DNA of 57,574 nucleotides from Flavobacterium sp. (GTDB lineage Bacteria > Bacteroidota > Bacteroidia > Flavobacteriales > Flavobacteriaceae): NCBI RefSeq assembly GCF_049318185.1, contig NZ_JBMOGV010000001.1, positions 1 through 57,574 on the forward strand. Reading direction: 5' to 3'. Positions 50,032 through 57,574 of this stretch are shown here, in pieces (position 1 is the first letter of the stretch; every line of letters starts with the position of its first letter). A model generated the notes under the pieces. It was not told where the DNA came from. It made no database searches and saw only the letters and a program-made list of their open reading frames with translations. The translations under genes were made by a program, and so were the position numbers.

Positions 50032-52131
50032 ATGGCAGTTTTAGCAAAAATTAGAAAACGTTCGGGTTTACTTTTATTAGCAATAGGTTTTGCATTATTG
50101 GCTTTTGTCGTGCAAGATTTATTTACCAATGGGTTTAAAAGTTTATCAAAAGATGTAGGAAGCGTTAATGGAAAAAATATTTCATTTGAAGAGTTTAGAG
50201 TAAAAGTAGCAAACACTGAAAAGAATGCTCAAAACGGTCAACAAATGACTTCAATGCAAGCTTCAAATCAAGTTTGGAATCAAGAAGTAAATGTTGCTTT
50301 ATTAACTGCTGAATTTGAAAAATTAGGAATCCGTGTTGGAGAAAAACATATTGTTGAAGTTTTTAAAGCCGATCCAAATATTGGTCAAAACCAAATGTTT
50401 TTAAACGCCGCTGGGAAATTTGATTTAAAAAAATTCAAAGATTACTTCAAGACAAATCCTGAAGGAGCTCAACTTTTGAAAGAAAGAGAAAAAGATGCTG
50501 AGCTTAATGCCAAGTATCAAATCTACAATTCCCTAGTTAAAGGGGCTATGTATACCACTGAGACAGAAGGTAAATTCAAATATGAAGCAGAAACAAATAA
50601 AGTAACTTTTGACTTTGTTAGTGTTCCTTTTTCAAGCATAAAAGATAGTGAAGTAAAAATTTCTGATGATGAAATTGTAGCTTACATGAAAACCAAAGAG
50701 AAAAAATTCAAATCAGAAGAATCTCGTGAATTAGAATATGTGCTAATTGAAGAAAAACCATCAGCACAAGACGAATCAGAAATTAAGAAAAATATTGATG
50801 CTTTGTTACTCCCAAGTGTACGTTACAACAAAGAAACAGGTAAAAATGATACTATTAAAGGATTTAAAGGTGCAATTGATAATGCAGAATTTGTAAATGC
50901 TAATTCAGATATTCCTTTTGACTCTACTTATATTGCAAAACAAGATTTGCCAGCAGAAAGTGCCGATGCTTTATTTGCTTTACCAATAGGAGAAGTTTAT
51001 GGCCCTTATATGTTCAATAACTATTCCCGTATTTCAAAAGCATTAGGAAGAAAAAGTGGTGCAAAAGTGAAAGCAAGTCACATCCTAATCAGTTGGGAAG
51101 GAACAAAAGTTCCTAACAAAAAAGAAAAAAGAACAAAAGAACAAGCAAAAGCAAAAGCAGATGGATTATTAGCACAAGCATTAGCAAATCCAGGAATGTT
51201 CTCTTTATTGGCCATGACCAATTCCGATGACTCATCGGCACAACAAGGTGGTGATTTAGGATTCTTTGCTCCAGGACAAATGGTAAAACCATTTAATGAT
51301 TTTGTTTTCAATAACCCTGTTGGAAAAATTGGTTTAGTTGAAACAGAATTTGGTTACCATATCATCAATGTGACTGAAAAGCAAGATGCCATAAAATTAG
51401 CCACTATTGCTCAAAAAATAGCTCCGTCTGAAGCTACTAACGACAAAACCTACACACAGGCAACTAAATTTGAAATGGAGGCTGCTAGCAAAGATTTTGC
51501 TGCTTTAGCTAAACAAATGAAGTTATCAGTAAATCCTTCCGTGAGAGTAAAAGCAATTGACGAAAGTTTTGGTTCCATTACGAATCAAAGACAAATTGTA
51601 AAATGGGCTTTTGAGGGTGATACTAACATAGGTGATGTAAAACGTTTTGAACTCGTTAATGTAGGCCATTTGATTGCTAAGTTAAAAAAAGTGAATGAAA
51701 AAGGCCTAATGGCTGTAGAAGAAGCCAGACCACAAGTAGAAATGCTATTGAAAAACAAAAAGAAAACAGAGAAAATCAAAGCCAAAATGACTGGTTCCAC
51801 TTTAGCAGCAATTGCTGCCGCTAACAAAGTAACCGTTCAAAACGCTATAGATTTAACTTTAGAAAATCCTTCTGTCCCTGGTGCTGGTTTTGAGCCAAAA
51901 GTAGTAGGAAACGCTTTCTCATCAAAGGCTGGCAAAGTATCAAAAACAATTGATGGCAATTCAGGCGTTTATGTAATTGCAACTAAAGCAGTAACAAAAG
52001 CTCCAGCTATCAAGAAATATACTGATTATGTAAACAAGCTAAAACCACAAGTTGTGGGTAATGCTGGTAGATACATGCAAGCCTTGAAAGACGATGCTGA
52101 TATTAAAGACAACAGAGCAGATTTTTATTAA
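50032..52131 (+). CDS. ppiD: PpiD-like periplasmic chaperone/parvulin PPIase
   Basis: N-terminal anchor, SurA-N-like region, and parvulin motifs KASHILI, GGDLG and ETEFGYHII. Confidence 0.85.
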   Translation: MAVLAKIRKRSGLLLLAIGFALLAFVVQDLFTNGFKSLSKDVGSVNGKNISFEEFRVKVANTEKNAQNGQQMTSMQASNQVWNQEVNVALLTAEFEKLGIRVGEKHIVEVFKADPNIGQNQMFLNAAGKFDLKKFKDYFKTNPEGAQLLKEREKDAELNAKYQIYNSLVKGAMYTTETEGKFKYEAETNKVTFDFVSVPFSSIKDSEVKISDDEIVAYMKTKEKKFKSEESRELEYVLIEEKPSAQDESEIKKNIDALLLPSVRYNKETGKNDTIKGFKGAIDNAEFVNANSDIPFDSTYIAKQDLPAESADALFALPIGEVYGPYMFNNYSRISKALGRKSGAKVKASHILISWEGTKVPNKKEKRTKEQAKAKADGLLAQALANPGMFSLLAMTNSDDSSAQQGGDLGFFAPGQMVKPFNDFVFNNPVGKIGLVETEFGYHIINVTEKQDAIKLATIAQKIAPSEATNDKTYTQATKFEMEAASKDFAALAKQMKLSVNPSVRVKAIDESFGSITNQRQIVKWAFEGDTNIGDVKRFELVNVGHLIAKLKKVNEKGLMAVEEARPQVEMLLKNKKKTEKIKAKMTGSTLAAIAAANKVTVQNAIDLTLENPSVPGAGFEPKVVGNAFSSKAGKVSKTIDGNSGVYVIATKAVTKAPAIKKYTDYVNKLKPQVVGNAGRYMQALKDDADIKDNRADFY

Positions 52132-52147
52132 TCGATCTACTAAGTTA

Positions 52148-52190
52148 TATAAAGAAAATCCCGAAGCAGAACTTCGGGATTTTCTTTATA
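52148..52190. terminator. Bidirectional terminator with a 19-bp perfect stem
   Basis: TATAAAGAAAATCCCGAAG-cagaa-CTTCGGGATTTTCTTTATA, overlapping the GHMP kinase stop. Confidence 0.85.
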
Positions 52191-53100
52191 ATATAATTTC
52201 GTGATAAGGCACAACAACCTCAAAACCTTTTGCATGGAAATACTCGGTTGGGTTTTCATTGGAAACACTCATTACAAAATCGCCACCCCAAGCACCAAGA
52301 CTTTTTATAACTCCTTCAAAATCTTGAAAAAGAGCTTCTTTAACTGTGGGCAATTCTAATATATTGCTCATGGCTATTTCGTGTTGTGCAATAGCTTGAG
52401 CAAAGTCTTTTATAGTATCAGCTTCTACTATGGTTTTAGTGAGGACATTAATAGCTGGAATGACTTTTTGAATAGTGGTATTGTTGTTATGATAGGCCGC
52501 AATAGCTTCTCGGCTGTTTTGCTTTTTATTCAAGTAAATAAAATATAATTTATCGGTAAAACTTGGGTTGAAATGCACCACTTCAACCGTTGGTTTGTCA
52601 ACTATCAACTGATAGATGATACCAGTATTATTTTGTGCGCAAGCAATGTCATAGCCACTGCCTCCAAAACTTCTTTTCAGTAGCTCAAAGGCATCAATTT
52701 GCAACCATTGCCCAATATTATTGATTAAGGTAGAAGAAGTTCCTAATCCCCAATTTTTAGGAAACGTCAATTCAGTTTTGATATTATATCCTTTCCCTTC
52801 TGAAATGAATTCAGGATTCATTCGATAGGCTTCGTGCAGGATTTCAATTAAAGTGTTTTTGATTGAGGAATCAACTTCATTTTGTTCTTTATCACTAATA
52901 GCTGAAAATGAAAGGGTATCCTCAAACCAAATGCTTCCATTGCTATCATAGCTTGTCCAGTGAATATGTTCATCTGTCGTTTCATACACGGTTAAATGCT
53001 GTCCAAACTTTGTAGGCAACGCAAAGGCTTTAGCGCCATCAAGCACTACATATTCCCCTGTGATGAGGAGTTTTCCGTTGCTGTAAAAGGTCTTCTTCAA
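52186..53100 (-). CDS. GYDIA-family GHMP kinase (candidate phosphomevalonate kinase)
   Basis: GKLLITGEY, WGLGTSS, GSGYDIA and KSLGAWGGD motifs; TTG start; downstream of HMG-CoA reductase. Confidence 0.85.
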   Translation of the reverse strand: MKKTFYSNGKLLITGEYVVLDGAKAFALPTKFGQHLTVYETTDEHIHWTSYDSNGSIWFEDTLSFSAISDKEQNEVDSSIKNTLIEILHEAYRMNPEFISEGKGYNIKTELTFPKNWGLGTSSTLINNIGQWLQIDAFELLKRSFGGSGYDIACAQNNTGIIYQLIVDKPTVEVVHFNPSFTDKLYFIYLNKKQNSREAIAAYHNNNTTIQKVIPAINVLTKTIVEADTIKDFAQAIAQHEIAMSNILELPTVKEALFQDFEGVIKSLGAWGGDFVMSVSNENPTEYFHAKGFEVVVPYHEIIL

Positions 53101-53104
53101 AAGA

Positions 53105-54442
53105 TTATTTTCTTAGATTTTCAATCAAGGTTACTACTGAAGCATGAGAAACGGTATTGTTTTCAAAGTGTTTCGCAATGGCTTTACGCTCTTCGGAAGT
53201 TGCTTGGTATTGGTTTAAAATATTATTGAGATGCATTTTCATGTGGCCTTCCTGAATTCCGGTAGTTGTAAGCGAACGAAGTGCTGCAAAGTTTTGTGCC
53301 AAACCCGTTACGGCTACAATCTGCATCAATTCTTGTGATGAAGGTTTCTCTAAGATTTCCAATGCCATTTTCACTAACGGATGCAAAGAAGTTAAACCTC
53401 CCACAGTTCCTAATGCCAATGGAATTTCCATCCAAAAAGTAAAAATGTCATTTTCTATTTTAGCGTGAGATAAACTGGAATAGTTGCCATTACGCGATGC
53501 ATAAGCATGAACCCCAGCTTCCACCGCACGGAAATCATTTCCTGTGGCTAAAACAACTGAGTCAACCCCATTCATAATCCCTTTGTTATGGGTTACTGCT
53601 CTGAAAGGTTCTATCTCTGCAATGCGAACGGCTTGTACAAACTTCTCAGCAAATTCTTGTGGATTCTCAATTTTTCCCGGCCTCCCTGCTGACAGGTTTT
53701 CGGCTAGTTCGGAAACTTTACAGGAAACTTCGGCACGAACAATACAATTAGGCACATAATTAGACAAAATACTCATGACAATGGTAATGTCTTTTTTTAA
53801 CTCTGAAAAGTCTATATATTGTTGCGCTTCTTCTTTCAGTGCTTTGGCTAATTGTTCTAAACAGGAGTTGATAAAATTAGCACCCATGCTGTCTTTGGTA
53901 TCAAAGGTGGCATGCAGTTGGTAATAATTTTCTAATTCGTTGGTTTTATCTCTTAGTTCCAATGACAATATTCCACCACCACGTCTCTGCATGTTCTTGG
54001 TAATACTATCAGTCGAAGCGATGATATTTTTCTTTGCATCCTTAAAAAACGCTTGAAGTTTAGCTGTTTCTCCTTTGAAAAGAAAATGAACTTGCCCAAT
54101 TTTTTCGGTATTCAAAACAGTAGCTTTAAATCCGCCACGAGTACTCCAGTATTTAGCCGACTTGGCTGCCGCTGCTACCACGGAACTTTCCTCAATAACC
54201 ATAGGCACCGAATAATAGTTGCCATTGATTAGAAAATTAGGCGCAATGCCCATAGGCAAATAGAAATTCGTAATGGTGTTTTCTATAAACTCATCATGCA
54301 ATTGCTGCAATTTAGAATCGTTATTCCAATACTGTTTTAGGGTTAAAATGGCTTCTGAAGGATTAGCAAAATAGTGATTGGCAATCCAATTGATTTTTTC
54401 TTCTTTGGATAATTTGGAAAAACCCGCAACTTCATTCTTCAT
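53105..54442 (-). CDS. mvaA: Class II HMG-CoA reductase
   Basis: ENTI, EESSVVAA, DSMGAN, THNKGIMNG, GNDFRA and GIQEGHMKMH motifs. Start moved to ATG 54442. Confidence 0.95.
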   Translation of the reverse strand: MKNEVAGFSKLSKEEKINWIANHYFANPSEAILTLKQYWNNDSKLQQLHDEFIENTITNFYLPMGIAPNFLINGNYYSVPMVIEESSVVAAAAKSAKYWSTRGGFKATVLNTEKIGQVHFLFKGETAKLQAFFKDAKKNIIASTDSITKNMQRRGGGILSLELRDKTNELENYYQLHATFDTKDSMGANFINSCLEQLAKALKEEAQQYIDFSELKKDITIVMSILSNYVPNCIVRAEVSCKVSELAENLSAGRPGKIENPQEFAEKFVQAVRIAEIEPFRAVTHNKGIMNGVDSVVLATGNDFRAVEAGVHAYASRNGNYSSLSHAKIENDIFTFWMEIPLALGTVGGLTSLHPLVKMALEILEKPSSQELMQIVAVTGLAQNFAALRSLTTTGIQEGHMKMHLNNILNQYQATSEERKAIAKHFENNTVSHASVVTLIENLRK

Positions 54443-54468
54443 AAATAGGAGTAAATAGTAATTTGGGA

Positions 54469-54476
54469 CAAAGATA
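54469..54476 (-). promoter_or_regulatory. -7 box TATCTTTG for mvaA
   Basis: CAAAGATA on the + strand, 26 nt upstream of the proposed start. Confidence 0.65.
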
Positions 54477-54589
54477 AGGTTTAGCTTTTGAAAATATAAC
54501 TTAAAAAAGTTAGGTGATAAAAAATGTAGCCCAAATTCCAAAAAAAATTTTAAAGTCTATTCCTAGACCATAAATAAACCCGAAGCTAT

Positions 54590-54597
54590 TATCTTTG
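54590..54597 (+). promoter_or_regulatory. -7 box TATCTTTG for the flavoprotein gene
   Basis: Perfect TAnnTTTG 49 nt upstream of the ATG. Confidence 0.6.
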
Positions 54598-54646
54598 CCC
54601 AATCGTTGAACGTGGAAAGTAATATTACTGATTTCCCATATAGCTT

Positions 54647-55861
54647 ATGAACACAAACTACGACATCTTGATTATTGGCGGTGGTGCAGCAGGTTTTTTT
54701 ACAGCAATTACAATTGCCGAAAATAACCCAAAGCTAAAAATTGCCCTACTCGAACGCGGGAAAAGTGTACTAGAAAAAGTACGCATTTCAGGTGGTGGAC
54801 GATGCAATGTTACCCACGCTTGTTTTGTGCCCAATGATTTAGTAAAATATTATCCTCGTGGTGAAAAAGAATTACGCGGCCCGTTTCATCAGTTCTGTTC
54901 GGGTGATACGATTGAATGGTTTGAGAAACATGGTGTTGAACTCAAAATCGAAGACGATGGTAGAATGTTTCCCACTACGGATAGCTCGCAAACCATCATT
55001 GATTGTTTTTTGAACGCTGTGTCTAAACTAAAAATTGATGTATTAACTGGACAAAGTGTGCAATCCCTTTTCAAAGGAGATGGCTATTGGAAAGTAGAAA
55101 CTAACCATCAAACCTTTTCTTGTCAAAAACTAATCATGACCACGGGCAGTAACCCAAAAGTATGGGAAATGTTAGCAGAACTAGGTCATACTATTGTTGC
55201 ACCTGTTCCTTCCCTATTCACGTTTAACATAAAAGATACCCGTATCAAAGACTTGATGGGCGTTTCGGCTTTCGCCAAAGTAAAAGTAAAAGGCAGCAAG
55301 TTAGAAGCTGCTGGGCCATTATTAATTACCCATTGGGGCATGAGTGGACCCGGAATATTACGCCTCTCGGCTTGGGGTGCTCGAGAATTATTTGATAAAA
55401 AATACCAGTTTTTAATACAGGTGAACTGGCTCAACGATGTTACTTTTGAAGAAGCAATGGATACGCTAAAAAATCTAAAACAAGAACACGCCAAAAAAGC
55501 CGTAAGCAAAAAATCGCCATTTGAGTTTGCTAATCGCTTATGGGAAAGTTTGGCAGCCGCTTCGGGTATTGCAGAAGAAATAAAATGGGCAGATTTGTCA
55601 AAACAACAACTTCATAATTTGGCCAACCAACTTACCAATGGAGAATTTCAGGTCAATGGTAAAAGCACATTTAAAGAAGAATTTGTTACCGCAGGAGGTA
55701 TTGATTTAAAAGAAATCAACTTCAAGACGATGGAAAGCAAACTTCACGAAAACCTTTATTTTGCTGGCGAAATCATGAATGTTGATGCCATCACGGGTGG
55801 TTTTAATTTTCAAAATGCGTGGACTAGTGGATTTATTGTGGCGAAAGCTATATCGGAATAA
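54647..55861 (+). CDS. HI0933/BaiN family NAD(P)/FAD-dependent oxidoreductase
   Basis: IIGGGAAG, SGGGRCNVT, GRMFP, LITHWGMSGP and GGFNFQNAW motifs. Confidence 0.93.
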   Translation: MNTNYDILIIGGGAAGFFTAITIAENNPKLKIALLERGKSVLEKVRISGGGRCNVTHACFVPNDLVKYYPRGEKELRGPFHQFCSGDTIEWFEKHGVELKIEDDGRMFPTTDSSQTIIDCFLNAVSKLKIDVLTGQSVQSLFKGDGYWKVETNHQTFSCQKLIMTTGSNPKVWEMLAELGHTIVAPVPSLFTFNIKDTRIKDLMGVSAFAKVKVKGSKLEAAGPLLITHWGMSGPGILRLSAWGARELFDKKYQFLIQVNWLNDVTFEEAMDTLKNLKQEHAKKAVSKKSPFEFANRLWESLAAASGIAEEIKWADLSKQQLHNLANQLTNGEFQVNGKSTFKEEFVTAGGIDLKEINFKTMESKLHENLYFAGEIMNVDAITGGFNFQNAWTSGFIVAKAISE

Positions 55862-55862
55862 C

Positions 55863-56339
55863 CTATCTATTCAACCACCAAATACTTCCGTTCAAAACAG
55901 TGGCAAAACTTACCCATGCCAAATAGGGTAATAAAAGATTGGCCGCTAGTTTATCAATAGGTTTGAATTGGGTGTAGGTTTCATAAATTAGGAGCCACAA
56001 CAGTATAATTTCAACCAAAGCCAACAAAGGATTGTGTAACCCAAAGAAAAGGTAAGACCAAAGCGCATTCAATGCCAATTGGATTACAAAGAATTTCATG
56101 GCTTTTTTCACTTGTTTTTCTTCTTGTTCAATTTGGTTCCAAATCCTACCGGCTGCTATACCCATCATAATATAGAGCAACGACCAAACGGGTGCAAAAA
56201 TCCAATTGGGCGGATTAAAAACTGGTTTTATTAGTGTGGGATACCAAGTGGTAATACTATCGCGAGTTACCATTCCTGATAGATAACCTATCACTACACA
56301 AGTAATGACAGTGGTCGTTATTCTTAAAATCTTTTGCAT
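55863..56339 (-). CDS. tspO: TspO/MBR tryptophan-rich sensory protein
   Basis: WYPTLIKPVFNPPNWIFAPVW, LNALWSYLFF and PYLAWVSFA motifs. Confidence 0.93.
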   Translation of the reverse strand: MQKILRITTTVITCVVIGYLSGMVTRDSITTWYPTLIKPVFNPPNWIFAPVWSLLYIMMGIAAGRIWNQIEQEEKQVKKAMKFFVIQLALNALWSYLFFGLHNPLLALVEIILLWLLIYETYTQFKPIDKLAANLLLPYLAWVSFATVLNGSIWWLNR

Positions 56340-56361
56340 GATGCTTTGTTTGAATTCAACT

Positions 56362-56369
56362 CAAATATA
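56362..56369 (-). promoter_or_regulatory. -7 box TATATTTG for tspO
   Basis: CAAATATA on the + strand, 22 nt upstream of the start. Confidence 0.6.
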
Positions 56370-56402
56370 CTAAACAAACCATCAATTTTTTCATAAAAAA
56401 AG

Positions 56403-56410
56403 TATCTTTG
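56403..56410 (+). promoter_or_regulatory. -7 box TATCTTTG for mvaD
   Basis: Perfect TAnnTTTG 16 nt upstream of the ATG. Confidence 0.65.
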
Positions 56411-56426
56411 CTGAATATTTGATTTT

Positions 56427-57539
56427 ATGGTAACTGAAAAAGATTTTGTTTTCACCACTACAACCCATGCTGTTGAGAAAGGCAACTTTCAATGCAGTGC
56501 ACCAAGTAATATAGCGTTAGTAAAATATTGGGGTAAAAAAGACAAACAAATTCCGGCGAATCCTTCTATCAGTTTTACTTTGAACCATTGTAAAACGATT
56601 ACCAAACTATCTTTTACTAAAAAAAATAGTTCCATAACTATTGGTTCAACCAAAGAAAAGTTTTCGTTTGAATTACTTTTTGAAGGCAAACCCAAAGAAG
56701 ATTTTAAACCCAAAATTCAAAAGTTCTTCGAACGTATAGAAGCGTATTGTCCCTACTTGACCGATTATCATTTTATTATTGCTACCGAGAATACTTTTCC
56801 ACATAGTTCGGGTATTGCTTCTTCAGCCTCAGGAATGGCGGCTTTGGCAATGAATATTATGAGTTTAGAAAAAGCTTTAAATCCTGCTATGACCGAAGAT
56901 TTCTTTTTCCAAAAAGCCTCTTTCTTAGCTCGATTAGGTTCGGGAAGTGCTTGTAGAAGTGTGAAAGGAAATGTAGTCGTTTGGGGTAAACATGCTGAAA
57001 TAAAAGCAAGTTCCGATTTGTTTGGCGTGGAATTTCCATCAGAACTTCATGATAACTTTAAAAATTATCAAGACACTATTTTGCTTGTTGACAAAGGCGA
57101 AAAACAAGTATCAAGTACTGTTGGACATGATTTAATGCACCATCATCCTTTTGCGGAACAACGTTTTGCACAAGCACATCGCAACTTATCAGCCATAAAA
57201 AACGTTCTAGAAAATGGGGATTTAGCTGAATTTATAAAAATAGTTGAAAGCGAAGCATTGACTTTACACGCTATGATGATGACATCGTTACCTTATTTTA
57301 TTTTGATGAAACCAAACACGCTGGAAATCATCAATAAAATTTGGAACTATAGAAATGAAACGAATATTCCAGTTTGCTTTACATTGGATGCAGGAGCAAA
57401 CGTACATATTTTGTATCCCGAAAATGTCAGAGATATTGTTTTGCAATTTATTAAGGACGAATTAGTTGGCTATTGTCAAAATGGTAACTATATTTGTGAT
57501 GCAGTTGGAAATGGGGGTCAATTGATAATTGATAATTGA
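56427..57539 (+). CDS. mvaD: Diphosphomevalonate decarboxylase
   Basis: SNIALVKYWGK, GIASSASG, RLGSGSACRS and TLDAGANVH motifs. Confidence 0.93.
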   Translation: MVTEKDFVFTTTTHAVEKGNFQCSAPSNIALVKYWGKKDKQIPANPSISFTLNHCKTITKLSFTKKNSSITIGSTKEKFSFELLFEGKPKEDFKPKIQKFFERIEAYCPYLTDYHFIIATENTFPHSSGIASSASGMAALAMNIMSLEKALNPAMTEDFFFQKASFLARLGSGSACRSVKGNVVVWGKHAEIKASSDLFGVEFPSELHDNFKNYQDTILLVDKGEKQVSSTVGHDLMHHHPFAEQRFAQAHRNLSAIKNVLENGDLAEFIKIVESEALTLHAMMMTSLPYFILMKPNTLEIINKIWNYRNETNIPVCFTLDAGANVHILYPENVRDIVLQFIKDELVGYCQNGNYICDAVGNGGQLIIDN

Positions 57540-57574
57540 TAATTGATAATTGATAATTGATAATTGATAATTGA
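57520..57574 (+). repeat. Perfect heptamer tandem repeat (AATTGAT)n, at least 7.9 copies, truncated by the window end
   Basis: Direct reading of the sequence; it overlaps the last codons and stop of mvaD. Confidence 0.97.

Noticed and set aside
4008-54541. Longer N-termini given by the ORF track for hppA (4052), porT (13244), trmH (14860), NlpC (32486) and mvaA (54541)
   Set aside because: The extensions overlap neighbouring genes or promoter boxes; downstream ATGs give typical N-termini or signal peptides.
3239-56713. Many short ORFs (60-213 aa) in the ORF track lying antisense or out of frame within long genes, e.g. 3529-3876, 22404-23045, 26264-26734, 55186-55509
   Set aside because: They overlap well-supported conserved genes and have no recognisable motifs; shadow ORFs.
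57520-57574. Terminal repeat as a CRISPR array or telomere
   Set aside because: 7-bp unit with no spacers and no cas genes; a simple tandem repeat.

Overview
AT-rich Bacteroidota chromosome segment, most likely from a Flavobacterium-like organism. Evidence: porT, a TamL-type Omp85 lipoprotein, TAnnTTTG promoter boxes and a mevalonate pathway. It is mostly conserved core genome: dNK, membrane PPase, DUF5686 OM protein, pdhB, etfBA, thyA-folA, menG-porT, trmH/tamL, fbaA-accD, purH-mreBCD-mrdA-rodA, prc, surE-lpxB-nlpC-comEC, three POT peptide transporters with DPP-IV, tRNA-Phe, coaX-OMP-TPR-lptC-CNNM-ppiD, and mevalonate genes (GHMP kinase, HMG-CoA reductase, mvaD). I found no CRISPR array, rRNA, transposase or integrase. 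The accessory or unusual signals are: (1) an orphan Thoeris ThsB-like TIR gene just downstream of tRNA-Phe, with a possible decayed partner; (2) an ORF6N gene inside the DPP-IV/POT cluster; (3) 7-bp tandem arrays at four gene junctions; (4) degenerate short palindrome-like inserts inside mvaA and mvaD and upstream of purH; (5) an 11-Cys tail and a relocated gate glutamate in the membrane PPase; (6) a POT paralog that has lost its gate salt bridge; (7) promoter/terminator and promoter/promoter overlaps; (8) a possible ~10 kb inversion. All calls come from motif reading and recall; no database search was run.
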